64,000 nt of DNA from a virus. Lineage: Duplodnaviria; Caudoviricetes. Of this stretch, positions 30,402-40,253 are shown piece after piece (positions within the stretch are counted from its first letter, which is position 1; each line of letters opens with the position of its first letter). Both the position numbers and the translations under genes were made by a program. The notes beneath the pieces are model-generated. The model did no database searches, was not told the DNA's origin, and saw only the letters and a program-made list of their open reading frames with translations. The stretch lies in the IMG/VR virus record IMGVR_UViG_3300032218_002424, positions 32,001 to 96,000 of that record. The stretch is one strand, 5' to 3'.

Positions 30402-30635
30402 ATGGCAACTGAAACATCACTACTTACAAATGAAGATAAGGTAAACATCCTTAATCAACATATAAAGAATCTAGAATATGCTATTTATGGCTTACAGCTA
30501 GATATTATTGAATACAATGCATCAACTTCAAAGGATGCTGCTCATACAGCAGAATTAAATGCTAGACTTACAGAACTACAGGCCAAGAAAACCGTCTTGG
30601 ATTCTGAAAAGGCAGATTTAACAGCAGGAGCATAA
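30402..30635 (+). CDS. Small coiled-coil protein
   Basis: SD AGGAGGAGG; own promoter TTGACC (30357), 17 bp, TATAAT (30380). Confidence 0.65.
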   Translation: MATETSLLTNEDKVNILNQHIKNLEYAIYGLQLDIIEYNASTSKDAAHTAELNARLTELQAKKTVLDSEKADLTAGA

Positions 30636-30636
30636 C

Positions 30637-30819
30637 ATGGAAAAGGCGGAATTAATTATAACCGCTTTGCAATCTCGCATTGGCGAAATTGTATCGGATT
30701 ATGAAGTTAAGGTTGCTGTACTTAGAGCAGAACTAACAAACTTAATTAATGAAAAACAAGAAAGAGAACAGCAGATGCAAGACTACAGCGATAGTGTTGC
30801 TCAAAAAATTGAGGGGTAA
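30637..30819 (+). CDS. Small coiled-coil protein
   Basis: SD AGGAG; heptad pattern. Confidence 0.6.
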   Translation: MEKAELIITALQSRIGEIVSDYEVKVAVLRAELTNLINEKQEREQQMQDYSDSVAQKIEG

Positions 30820-30821
30820 AA

Positions 30822-31265
30822 ATGGCAACGGACTTTAAAAATATTACATTTCAAGAGGGTGCACCAATTAGTGCCAGCCAATTACAGGATCTTGTCACAT
30901 ATGTAAATGAAATTAATTCCAATGCTGCACAATTTGCTGGAACATTTGGAACACTGGCTGATAAAGCTATTTCTAGAAAAATGGTTGCTGGAACATGGCC
31001 AGTTGGAACGGTTGATGTTTCAAAGGCTGGACATCCAGTAAGAATTAATTTTACCCCACCATTAACAGCAGAACCTGCAACAGTTCAAATAACATTAGAG
31101 ACTGCTTCAACAGATTCAGAATTAATTCATTTTATTCAATCTGGAACAGCCTCAGCCACAGGAGTTACAGTTTGGATCACTAGAGCGGCTAATGGAGTTG
31201 GCTCAGCAATTGTAAAGCCAACATCAGTAACCCTACATTATTTTGCAGTAGCAAAATCTGGTTGA
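30822..31265 (+). CDS. Small virion fibre/lectin-like protein
   Basis: FQEGAPISASQLQDL N-terminus; INFTPPL..EP.TVQIT...VTLHYFAV beta-sandwich C-terminus. Confidence 0.5.
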   Translation: MATDFKNITFQEGAPISASQLQDLVTYVNEINSNAAQFAGTFGTLADKAISRKMVAGTWPVGTVDVSKAGHPVRINFTPPLTAEPATVQITLETASTDSELIHFIQSGTASATGVTVWITRAANGVGSAIVKPTSVTLHYFAVAKSG

Positions 31266-31289
31266 CAAACCAATAAAATATAGTACACT
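31262..31289 (+). promoter_or_regulatory. SigA-type promoter ahead of the replication operon
   Basis: TTGACA, 16 bp, TACACT. Confidence 0.55.
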
Positions 31290-31301
31290 TATCAAAACAA
31301 C

Positions 31302-31325
31302 AAGTCACGGCAATCGTGACTTTTT
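31302..31325 (+). terminator. Intrinsic terminator
   Basis: AAGTCACG-GCAAT-CGTGACTT followed by TTT. Confidence 0.75.
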
Positions 31326-31350
31326 GTGTCTAACAGAATAGATATTATTA

Positions 31351-32160
31351 ATGTCAAATGATTTAAAATGGATGCTTTCATCCGATCAGCAGTTCCCTCA
31401 TCAAGATGATAGAGCAATCGCTTTATGGTTTCAGGTAATGAAATGGTTTAAGCCAGATGTAATTGATTATCTTGGAGATACAGACGATCAGGCATGCTAT
31501 AGTAAGTATACAGAGGGACGTTCAGCAGAATTTATGCAGTTGCACAAAGATGACAGCAGGGATCTTATTGTTCCTATGATTCGTCACGAAGCAAAAGCTG
31601 CAAGAGATTTTTACGCCAAAACAAGAGACATGATGCCTAACGCACAACTATTTTCTGCACTTGGAAATCACGATATTAGAATTTTTGAATATTTGGATAA
31701 AAAGCTTCCAGAGTATGCAGCAGATGTAACCCCAGAAGCATTGTGGTCTTTAGATTCTTTGGGCTATGAATATATCTATTATAATGATGCACCAAAGCGT
31801 CGCTTTGGAGACATCCACGTACATCATGGAAATGCTATTTCACAAAATGCTGGTGAGTCAGTTCGAAAAGATGTAGAAAATTTTGGAGTATCTATTATTC
31901 GTGGACACTCTCACAGAGCAGGAACATTTTATCAGACATTCCAACTTCGCAACGGCGGAGAAGGAGAAACTCTTCGTGGATATGAGATTGGCCACATGTG
32001 TGATGAAAATAGTGACGGAATGAAATATACTAATAATCATAACTGGCAGAAGGCTTTTGCTATTGCTCATATTGAGAATGGGGAAAAGCCACACATTCAA
32101 CTAATTGAAATAGCAAAAGACTATACTTGCTATGTTGATGGAAAGAAGTTTTCAGCATGA
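31351..32160 (+). CDS. Calcineurin-like metallophosphoesterase
   Basis: SDQQ, LGDTDD, GNHD, HG and GHSH motifs. Confidence 0.85.
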   Translation: MSNDLKWMLSSDQQFPHQDDRAIALWFQVMKWFKPDVIDYLGDTDDQACYSKYTEGRSAEFMQLHKDDSRDLIVPMIRHEAKAARDFYAKTRDMMPNAQLFSALGNHDIRIFEYLDKKLPEYAADVTPEALWSLDSLGYEYIYYNDAPKRRFGDIHVHHGNAISQNAGESVRKDVENFGVSIIRGHSHRAGTFYQTFQLRNGGEGETLRGYEIGHMCDENSDGMKYTNNHNWQKAFAIAHIENGEKPHIQLIEIAKDYTCYVDGKKFSA

Positions 32161-32345
32161 TGAAATGTAAAAAGTGCGGAGGAAGAGTATTCGTAGATAG
32201 AGTATTTTCCCAAAAGCTACATATAGAACTATATTGCTTGATGTGTGGCAAGCGTTGGATGATTAGTAAAGAAACGAGTGCATTCGGAAGATGGCTAGAT
32301 CAAAGGGAAACAGAACACAAGAAAAATTTTGGTATTTCTTCTTAA
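32157..32345 (+). CDS. Zinc-ribbon protein
   Basis: CKKC...CLMC. Confidence 0.7.
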   Translation: MMKCKKCGGRVFVDRVFSQKLHIELYCLMCGKRWMISKETSAFGRWLDQRETEHKKNFGISS

Positions 32346-32782
32346 ATGGTAAAATACATAAGGTTTTAAAAACATCTAGAGTTAGAGACACACTAATTGC
32401 TTGGTCCTATCCAGATAAAAAAAGAGTTTTATATGTATTTTCAGATGTTAGAAAACATAAGCAAAATGCTTATACTTTAACAGAAGTTGCTAAAATGTTA
32501 AATAAGCACAGAGTTACAATCGAGGATTATATTCTTGAAGGTAAAGTACGTGCACCACAAAAAATTTACCCAATCGGAAATTCCGAAAGTTTAAAATGGT
32601 CTCAGTATATGTTTAGCGAAGATGATGTATTAGAAGTCTATGACTATATTCTTTCTGCTGGAAGAATGATAGAAGACTTGCCAACAAAATCTGAGCTAAA
32701 GGCCTTGATGAAACATAACATCATATTGTATACTAAGACCTCTGAGGGAAACTTTGTTCCAGTTTGGAAGGCTAATGATTGA
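32291..32782 (+). CDS. HTH (MerR/excisionase-like) DNA-binding protein
   Basis: AYTLTEVAKMLNKHRVTIEDY...YMFSEDDV. Confidence 0.7.
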   Translation: MARSKGNRTQEKFWYFFLNGKIHKVLKTSRVRDTLIAWSYPDKKRVLYVFSDVRKHKQNAYTLTEVAKMLNKHRVTIEDYILEGKVRAPQKIYPIGNSESLKWSQYMFSEDDVLEVYDYILSAGRMIEDLPTKSELKALMKHNIILYTKTSEGNFVPVWKAND

Positions 32783-33113
32783 AGAAGATTTCGAAGAGTT
32801 AAACGAAGGCTTAGCTCTAGAAAGAATTGCATCGAATTTAGATCTAGCATCTGCTCATGCAAATAAAAAGAAAAATGTTGCTGGTTTAATTACAATTGCA
32901 GGGGCATGGATGGAAGTAGCCAGCATACTTTCAGATACGCCAAGAGTTAAAAAGAGTGTCCCTATGGGATTCTCACCAATGGAAGAGGAAAATAATGAGT
33001 CAAGAATCATCAAAGACAGTGGTAAAAGTAGATCTCCATTACACACGGAACCTGGGGAATTACGAGAGCGTTCGAATTGGAATTGGCGTAGAGGATATAG
33101 TAAGAAATGGTGA
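32775..33113 (+). CDS. Hypothetical protein
   Basis: ATG at 32775 overlaps the upstream stop; contains PMGF; its 3' 119 nt overlap the next gene. Confidence 0.5.
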   Translation: MIEEDFEELNEGLALERIASNLDLASAHANKKKNVAGLITIAGAWMEVASILSDTPRVKKSVPMGFSPMEEENNESRIIKDSGKSRSPLHTEPGELRERSNWNWRRGYSKKW

Positions 33114-33213
33114 GAACGTAGACACTGCAACTGATCGTGTGTATAAGTTTGTAGAAGAAAAGCTTATTCAAAAAACAGAGGAAATGGAAAAGGAATTAAA
33201 GGGTGGCAAGTAA
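32995..33213 (+). CDS. Hypothetical protein (YTRNLGNYES family)
   Basis: ATG at 32995 after SD GAGGA; motif familiar from phage replication modules. Confidence 0.65.
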   Translation: MSQESSKTVVKVDLHYTRNLGNYESVRIGIGVEDIVRNGENVDTATDRVYKFVEEKLIQKTEEMEKELKGGK

Positions 33214-33580
33214 AACTACTAATCAAGAGCCTCATGCTTTAATTACACTATACGTTTCTTTATTTGAAGATAAGTATGGTAAAAAGCCTTCTCTAAATAG
33301 ATTTAGGGAAAAGTGGGCTATGCAAGACTTGATTGATAGTGTAGGATATGAAAGAGCAAAAGGTTTAATAGAATATTATTTTACCTTGGCAAAATATGGT
33401 CATCCATTAAATTGGTTTTTCTATAACTTTGATAAAATAGATAAGATGTGGAAAGATATTGAAGATGACAAGATGCATAGAGATATGCTAAGATCTAATA
33501 CCAAGGTCATGGTGGAAGAACGAGAGAGGCGGCTAAGTGAATACGGAAGCAACATTAATATCAGCAGTCTGCAAGAATAA
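33203..33580 (+). CDS. Hypothetical protein, possible helicase loader
   Basis: Directly upstream of DnaB. Confidence 0.5.
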   Translation: MASKTTNQEPHALITLYVSLFEDKYGKKPSLNRFREKWAMQDLIDSVGYERAKGLIEYYFTLAKYGHPLNWFFYNFDKIDKMWKDIEDDKMHRDMLRSNTKVMVEERERRLSEYGSNINISSLQE

Positions 33581-34763
33581 AGATATAAGTACTATCCTTG
33601 CGGATAATGTTGATGAGCTATTTACATCTCACAAAGATGTATGGGATGGATTAAAGTCTTACTATTATAAGTTTAAATCCGTACCCGAAATTGGTATTCT
33701 ACAAGAAAAGTTTAGAGACTTCGAGGCATCAGACCCTAAAGCAGAAACTGGTTATTATTTAGATCAACTTAAGTCAGAATATTTGGCTAACAAGTTAAAG
33801 ACTATTATTCTTCGTGGTGGAGCTGGACTAAAAGAGGATGCTCCTTCCAGAGTTATTGCACAAATGCAATCAGATCTTGCCTCATTAAGTAAGTTTACGA
33901 GTAACGTTCGTGATATTGATGTAACTGACTTTGAGTCAGCAGAAAAATATTTTGAAAATCTTCGTGTTCGTTCTGCAGCAATGGGTGGAAGCCCAGGTAT
34001 TCCTACTGGCTTTAAGGCTATTGATACTGCCTATGCAACTGGTATGGCTCCAGGACACCTTATCGTTGCTATTGGTTGGCCAGGACGTGGTAAGACATGG
34101 TTTACGTCCTACCTTGCATGCAAGGCATGGGAACAAGGATTCAAGCCAATGATTATCTCGCTTGAAATGTCTCCAGAAGATATGCGTAATCGTATCTATA
34201 CAATGATGGGCTCTGGATTATTTAAGGCATCTGATTTTTCTAGAGGAGATGTCAATATTGATGATTTCCATAATTGGGGTAAGAAAAACTTTGCGGATAA
34301 AAATGGTTTTGTTCTTGTGTCTAATGAAGGCATGGGAGAGGTAAGTGCTAATACTGTTCAAGCCAAGATTGACCAGCATAAGCCAGACTTAGTTATTCTT
34401 GATTACCACCAGCTTTTTGTAGATACTAAACGTAGTACTGGTGCAACAGAACGTAATATGAATATCTCTCGTGAGTTTAAAATGCTTGCTATGAATAATA
34501 ATATTCCAGTAATTGATATTACTGCAGCAACTATGGATGATATTTCAGATCAAGACAACCCTCCTATGCTTTCTCAGGTGGCATGGTCAAAGGCTATCGA
34601 ATATGATGCTGACATGGCTATTGCTATTCATAGATACACAGATACTAATATGATTGAAATTGTTTCTAGAAAAAATCGTCACGGAGATGCATTTGATTTT
34701 TACCTAGATTGGGATATCAATCGAGGAATTATTAAAGAGATTTATGAAAACATTGCAAAGTAA
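33537..34763 (+). CDS. dnaB: DnaB-like replicative helicase
   Basis: GIPTGF, Walker A GWPGRGKT, SLEMS, LDYHQL, IEYDAD, KNRHG. Confidence 0.92.
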   Translation: MNTEATLISAVCKNKDISTILADNVDELFTSHKDVWDGLKSYYYKFKSVPEIGILQEKFRDFEASDPKAETGYYLDQLKSEYLANKLKTIILRGGAGLKEDAPSRVIAQMQSDLASLSKFTSNVRDIDVTDFESAEKYFENLRVRSAAMGGSPGIPTGFKAIDTAYATGMAPGHLIVAIGWPGRGKTWFTSYLACKAWEQGFKPMIISLEMSPEDMRNRIYTMMGSGLFKASDFSRGDVNIDDFHNWGKKNFADKNGFVLVSNEGMGEVSANTVQAKIDQHKPDLVILDYHQLFVDTKRSTGATERNMNISREFKMLAMNNNIPVIDITAATMDDISDQDNPPMLSQVAWSKAIEYDADMAIAIHRYTDTNMIEIVSRKNRHGDAFDFYLDWDINRGIIKEIYENIAK

Positions 34764-35724
34764 TATAACAAGGTATACACCTTCACACATTAAATCTGTT
34801 CTTAAATCGCTTAATGTAAAAGTTGCCAGCGAAACAGGAAACGATTTTTTGGTTTACTGTCCTTTTCATTCTAACAATCACAGTCCAAGTTGCAGTGTTA
34901 GTAAAGAAAAAGGTGCATGGCTTTGCTTTAATCCTTCATGTGGAGAAAGCGGAACATTAATTGATTTAGTAAAACGTATAACAAATAGAAATGATTACGA
35001 GGCTTTGCGTTTTGTTACGGCAAAAGAATCAGAAGTTTTGGCAAATTTCGATGACTTGCTTCAAGATACTTTAGAAGAAAAACCAGACTTTGTAGAGTTT
35101 GATAAAGATATATTAAATAAGCTTTCTTTAGAAATGAAAGAATTTTCTGAAGGCAAAGAGTATATGTATACTCGTGGATTCACAGATGAAACATTGGAGT
35201 ATTTTAATGTTGGTTATTCTAATAATAGATCTATGGTTACAGTTCCTGTTCATAGTCCAGATGGTATTTGTGTTGGGATTGTTGGCAGAAGTATCAAAGC
35301 CAAAGAGTTTAAAAACTCCCCAGGGCTTCCAAGGAATGCTACCCTCTTTAACATTAATCGTGCTAAGCGTATCGGTGCAACTTGCATCATTGTGGAGTCT
35401 AGTTTTGATGCGATGAGAGTTCATCAGGCTGGTTTTCCAAATGTTGTAGCAACTTTGGGGGGACATATATCTGCAAATAATTTAGGATTACTCAATAAAT
35501 ATTTTAACAGACTTATTATAATGACTGACAATGATCAGGCAGGAAGAGCATTGGGCAATAATATTGTTCATAAGTTAAAAAATAAAGATGTCTTGTGGGC
35601 TTCAGAATCTTATGGTAAGATATACCCACATGATGCAAAAGATGCAGGCGATATGACTGATGAAGAAATTAAAACCTGTATAAAAAACTCAGTTTCGCAT
35701 ATTGAATATGTCAGCTGGGAATGA
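34744..35724 (+). CDS. dnaG: DNA primase (CHC2 zinc finger plus TOPRIM)
   Basis: CPFH...CFNPSC; IVESSFDA; TDNDQAG; KDAGD. Confidence 0.92.
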   Translation: MKTLQSNITRYTPSHIKSVLKSLNVKVASETGNDFLVYCPFHSNNHSPSCSVSKEKGAWLCFNPSCGESGTLIDLVKRITNRNDYEALRFVTAKESEVLANFDDLLQDTLEEKPDFVEFDKDILNKLSLEMKEFSEGKEYMYTRGFTDETLEYFNVGYSNNRSMVTVPVHSPDGICVGIVGRSIKAKEFKNSPGLPRNATLFNINRAKRIGATCIIVESSFDAMRVHQAGFPNVVATLGGHISANNLGLLNKYFNRLIIMTDNDQAGRALGNNIVHKLKNKDVLWASESYGKIYPHDAKDAGDMTDEEIKTCIKNSVSHIEYVSWE

Positions 35725-35781
35725 TATAATAGTAATACAGATGGATTTACACCATCAACTACATAACAAAAGGAGATACAA

Positions 35782-36453
35782 ATGGGTATCGTTAAGGGAC
35801 TTAAAGACCTAAACAAAACACTAGATAAGCCACAGTCTTCAGGTGGCGACACCGCAAAGGGCCGTTGGGTTAAGTTGGAAGACGGCGAAAGCGTAAAAGT
35901 AAGATTCTTGCAGGAACTAGATCCTGACTCACCAAATTATTCAGAAAAAGCTGGACTAGGCTTTATTGCTGTTGAGCACACAAATCCAAAAGACTATCGC
36001 CGTAAGGCTTTATGCTCTATGGACGATCAAGGCAAGTGCTGGGGTTGTGAACAACATCGCAAAGATTTTAAAGCTGGCTGGAAGGGTCGTTCTCGTTTGT
36101 ATATCAACGTTCTTGTTGATGACGGCAAGGAAGAGCCATATGTTGCAATTCTTTCACAGGGTTCTAGCGGAAAGACAGTAACACCTACACTTATTGAATA
36201 CGCTGGAGAAATGGGAAGCATTAGTAACCTTCTATGGCGTATTAAGCGTTCTGGTACAAAGACAGATACAAGTTATACAATTATTCCACTTGCAAAGGAT
36301 GAAGTTGAATTTGATTCATCTAAGCTGGAAATCTTTGAACTTGAAAAGACTGCAATCCGTGATTTGCCATATGCAGATCAGGAAACCTTCTACCTATTTG
36401 GAGAAGATGAAAAGAACGAGGATTCTGCAACTAGCAGCAATCTAGATTGGTAA
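35782..36453 (+). CDS. Single-stranded DNA-binding protein (gp32-like)
   Basis: KLEDGESVKVRFL, Cys cluster, IKRSG...TSY, acidic tail ending in LDW; SD AAGGAG. Confidence 0.75.
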   Translation: MGIVKGLKDLNKTLDKPQSSGGDTAKGRWVKLEDGESVKVRFLQELDPDSPNYSEKAGLGFIAVEHTNPKDYRRKALCSMDDQGKCWGCEQHRKDFKAGWKGRSRLYINVLVDDGKEEPYVAILSQGSSGKTVTPTLIEYAGEMGSISNLLWRIKRSGTKTDTSYTIIPLAKDEVEFDSSKLEIFELEKTAIRDLPYADQETFYLFGEDEKNEDSATSSNLDW

Positions 36454-36458
36454 TTGGT

Positions 36459-36480
36459 TGGGGCTGGGAAACCAGCCCCA
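36459..36480 (+). terminator. GC-rich GAAA hairpin between the SSB and dnaE genes
   Basis: TGGGGCTGG-GAAA-CCAGCCCCA; the U-tail is weak, so it may be a partial terminator or 3' stabiliser. Confidence 0.6.
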
Positions 36481-36496
36481 TTCCAGGTAGGCGGAA

Positions 36497-39400
36497 ATGA
36501 ATTTTACACACCTTCACGTACATAGCTATTACAGCCTTATGGACGGATACAATTCACCTAAAGAGTTAATGCAGGCTGCAAAAGACAATGGTCAAACAGC
36601 AATTGCAATTACAGACCATGGTACATTGTCATCTCACCGTGATATGCAATTAGCTGCAAAGGAACTTGGTATAAAGCCAATCCTTGGCGTTGAAGCATAC
36701 ATTTCTCCAACAGATAGATTTGATCGTTCATCTAAAACTGATAAAACAATTCAAGCATACAACCACATCATCCTGCTTGCAAAAAATCAAAATGGTTTAA
36801 ATAATATTCATCGTTTGCAAGAACTTGCATGGACAGAAGGTTTTTATCATAAGCCACGTATTGACCGTGAAATTCTTTTAGAATACAAAGAAGACATTAT
36901 TATTCTTTCTGGCTGTTTAAATGGCTTGGTATCCAAAGCAATTGAAAAGCAGGATGACCAAGAAGCACGTATGATTTTAAAATGGTTTAAGCAAAATTTT
37001 GGTGACAACTTTTATGTAGAGGTTCAGCCAGACAATCCAGTAGATATAAACAATAAGTTGCTTCAACTTGCAGACGAGGCTGGAATTAAATCTGTGGCAA
37101 CAGCAGATGCACACTTTTCAAAAGAAAGTGAAAGGTCTGCAGAAGAAGCTATGTTAATTTTATCAACATCACCTAAAGTAAACAAAGATCTTGATTTTGA
37201 TAAGTCACGTACAATGACTGATATGTTTGAAAGATTTAATTATCTTTGGCCAGACCGTCGTATTTCATTTGAGCATTTAGATTTATTTATTATGAGTCGT
37301 GAAGAAATGGCTACCAAATTTGCAGAGACTGGAATTACCAGAACAGATATTTTAGATAATTCAGATTTAATTGCTGACCAAATTGAGGAATACGACTTTA
37401 ATCAAGGCCTAGACCTTTTGCCAGTTCCAAAGACCAATGCTGATACAACCCTTCGCAAACTGTCTGTAGAGGGCTTACAACGCCTAGAAAAGGCATCTGA
37501 CAAAGTCTACCTAGATAGACTAGAGGAAGAGCTTGCTGTAATTGCCTCAAAAAATTTTGCTTCTTATTTCTTAATTGTTTCAGATATGATTAATTGGGCT
37601 AAAGATAATGGTATTCGGGTTGGCCCTGGTCGTGGATCTGCGGCAGGTTCCCTAGTCTGTTATACACTAGGTATTACTGAAGTTGATCCAATTAAATATG
37701 ATTTACTTTTCTTCCGCTTTATTAATCCAGAGCGTAATGACTTCCCTGATATTGACACTGACTTTGAAGACCGTCGTCGTAAGGAAGTTAAAGAGTATCT
37801 TAAGAAGCGGTTTAAGCACGTAGCATCTATTTCAACTTTTACTTACTTTAAAGATAAGGGTGCAATTCGTGATGCTGCTCGTGTATTTATGATTCCATTG
37901 CAGGAAGTTAATCGTGCACTAAAATCAGTAGATACATTTGAAGACTATGTTGATTCACCTAATACTAGAGAGTTTCGCAATAAGTATCCAGAAGTAGAAT
38001 GGCTTGCTAATAATTGGCGAGGAAGAATTCGAAGCACTGGAGTTCACGCAGCAGGTGTTGTTGTGGCAAAGGATGACCTTCGTAACTATGCACCAATTGA
38101 AACTCGTGAAGACCCACAAGATAAAGTTTCTGGTCGTATTCCAGTAGTTGGATACGATATGGATCAAGTTGCAGACGTTGGTTTGATTAAGTTGGATGCA
38201 CTTGGACTTAAAGCACTATCAATCATTTCGGATACATTGGCTTCAATTAAAGACCGTTACGATAAAGATATTGTACTTTCAGAAATTGCACTAGATGATA
38301 AAGCAGTGTATAGAGATCTTAGCGATGGATATACCAAGGGTGTTTTTCAGGCGGAAGCAACTCCATACACTAACCTCTTAATTAAAATGGGAGTAGATAA
38401 TTTTGAAGACCTTGCAGCATCAAATGCTTTGGTTCGTCCAGGAGCAATGAATACTGTAGGTGCTTCTTACATTAACCGTAAAAATGGCAGGGAGATGATT
38501 GAGTTTGTTCATCCAATCATGCAGCCATTTACAAAAAATACTTACGGAGTAATCATTTATCAGGAACAGGTTATGCAGGCTTGCGTATATTTGGGCGGCA
38601 TGTCATGGTCTGAAGCTGATAAGGTTCGTAAGATTATTGGTAAAAAGAAAGATGCAAAGGAGTTTGATCAGTTTAAAGATCAGTTTGTTACTGGTGCATC
38701 TCAACACATTACAAAAGAGCAAGCAGAACATCTTTGGCATGATTTTGAAGCACATGCTGGATATTCTTTTAACCGCTCACACGCTGTTGCTTATTCTATG
38801 GTATCCTATTGGACAGCATGGCTTAAGCATTATTATCCACTAGAGTTTATGTTCGCAATCTTAAAGAATGAACAATCAATTGATTCAAGAACTGAATATC
38901 TAATTGAGAGTAAGAGACTTGGGTTAAAAGTTCTTCTCCCACACATTAATGAATCCGAAATTGATTTTTCTTTGCAAGCTCAAGCCATGAGGTTTGGTTT
39001 AGCAGATATTAAATTTATTTCTGACAATATCTCTGCAAAAATTATTAAAGAAAGGCCATACTTAAGTTATGAAGATTTTACCAAAAAAGCCTCTGCTAAA
39101 GGCAGTGGTATCAACAGTCGTGCTATTGGTGCTCTTAACGCTATTGGGGCGGCAGCGTTTAAAGACAATCCAAGATCAGGATTAGAGCAAGACAATTTTT
39201 ATGAATACCTTGGTATTCCACAATTTAATTTACTAGACCTTCCACCATGGATTAAGGCACAAGCTAAACCAATTGAAGAGTTTGAAGACCTTGGATCGTT
39301 TGTGATGTTTGGAATGGTTAAAGGAATTAAAAGAGGAACTGGCTGGGCTAGAGTTGAGCTTGTAGATGAAACTGGTTCCGTAGGACTGTTTCATAATGAA

Positions 39401-39769
39401 CAAACCCAAATTGAAATTGGTCAGATGTATTTTATCCTTGTAGGAGATAATCGTATTGCAAGATACGTAAAAGTTTCTGATATTAAGCCAGATTCAGATG
39501 ATGTTTTTGTGGACTATCTATATCGTGCAAGTTATGATAATATACCTGATGATCAATACATGGTGTTAAATTTTACGCCTTACAAAACTAAGGCTGGAAA
39601 AATGATGGCTCACATTGTTTTAACCAACAAGGATAGAGAATTGGAACGTGCAATTGCATTTCCAACAATGTATAAGCTTGCTTTGGCTAAAATGAGAGAA
39701 GGAATGATTTGCGATATTACTCTTTCTAAATTAGAAGATGGAACTTTATTAGTAAAGGAAATAAAATGA
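36497..39769 (+). CDS. dnaE: DNA polymerase III alpha subunit (family C)
   Basis: PHP HLHVHSYYSLMDG, TDHG, GRGSAAGS, PDIDTDF, HAAGVV, KLDALGL, YSFNRSH; no intein. Confidence 0.96.
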   Translation: MNFTHLHVHSYYSLMDGYNSPKELMQAAKDNGQTAIAITDHGTLSSHRDMQLAAKELGIKPILGVEAYISPTDRFDRSSKTDKTIQAYNHIILLAKNQNGLNNIHRLQELAWTEGFYHKPRIDREILLEYKEDIIILSGCLNGLVSKAIEKQDDQEARMILKWFKQNFGDNFYVEVQPDNPVDINNKLLQLADEAGIKSVATADAHFSKESERSAEEAMLILSTSPKVNKDLDFDKSRTMTDMFERFNYLWPDRRISFEHLDLFIMSREEMATKFAETGITRTDILDNSDLIADQIEEYDFNQGLDLLPVPKTNADTTLRKLSVEGLQRLEKASDKVYLDRLEEELAVIASKNFASYFLIVSDMINWAKDNGIRVGPGRGSAAGSLVCYTLGITEVDPIKYDLLFFRFINPERNDFPDIDTDFEDRRRKEVKEYLKKRFKHVASISTFTYFKDKGAIRDAARVFMIPLQEVNRALKSVDTFEDYVDSPNTREFRNKYPEVEWLANNWRGRIRSTGVHAAGVVVAKDDLRNYAPIETREDPQDKVSGRIPVVGYDMDQVADVGLIKLDALGLKALSIISDTLASIKDRYDKDIVLSEIALDDKAVYRDLSDGYTKGVFQAEATPYTNLLIKMGVDNFEDLAASNALVRPGAMNTVGASYINRKNGREMIEFVHPIMQPFTKNTYGVIIYQEQVMQACVYLGGMSWSEADKVRKIIGKKKDAKEFDQFKDQFVTGASQHITKEQAEHLWHDFEAHAGYSFNRSHAVAYSMVSYWTAWLKHYYPLEFMFAILKNEQSIDSRTEYLIESKRLGLKVLLPHINESEIDFSLQAQAMRFGLADIKFISDNISAKIIKERPYLSYEDFTKKASAKGSGINSRAIGALNAIGAAAFKDNPRSGLEQDNFYEYLGIPQFNLLDLPPWIKAQAKPIEEFEDLGSFVMFGMVKGIKRGTGWARVELVDETGSVGLFHNEQTQIEIGQMYFILVGDNRIARYVKVSDIKPDSDDVFVDYLYRASYDNIPDDQYMVLNFTPYKTKAGKMMAHIVLTNKDRELERAIAFPTMYKLALAKMREGMICDITLSKLEDGTLLVKEIK

Positions 39770-39996
39770 TAGAAGTAAAATTAACTGAAGAAGAAGCAAA
39801 AAGCTTAGAAGATACTGTAATTTATCATATGGAACAATGTTTTAATACATTATATGATATGGAAGAGGTAGCAGAAGGCTTTGAGCCTTATCAACCGTTT
39901 GACGGATGTTCTAATTGTGAAACAAGAGAATATCTAATGAAAACCTTTGATTGGCTAAAGGAAAATAATAAAGTAGATATATATGTGGAGGGGTAA
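39766..39996 (+). CDS. Hypothetical protein (DGCxxC)
   Basis: Coupled ORF with SD. Confidence 0.55.
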   Translation: MIEVKLTEEEAKSLEDTVIYHMEQCFNTLYDMEEVAEGFEPYQPFDGCSNCETREYLMKTFDWLKENNKVDIYVEG

Positions 39997-40253
39997 TGTC
40001 AGAAGAGACAGTAGATATTAATCAACAAATTAGTGTCACATCTTTAATGGTTGCTATGCTTAAAACATTAAAGTCAGTTGAAGTTCCTTCTGAATTGATC
40101 TTAAATCCAGAAGGAGAAACAGGTTTGGTTGTATCTTACAATCCAGATAAAAATACATTTATAATTGAATTAGGAGAAAATAATGGGAGCAATAACAACG
40201 AACAACTTCAGAGTGCAAGCGAACTCGGAGAAAACAACGGAGACAGCGAGTAG
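39996..40253 (+). CDS. Hypothetical protein
   Basis: SD GGAGGGG, TAATG coupling; ELGENNG occurs twice. Confidence 0.55.
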   Translation: MSEETVDINQQISVTSLMVAMLKTLKSVEVPSELILNPEGETGLVVSYNPDKNTFIIELGENNGSNNNEQLQSASELGENNGDSE

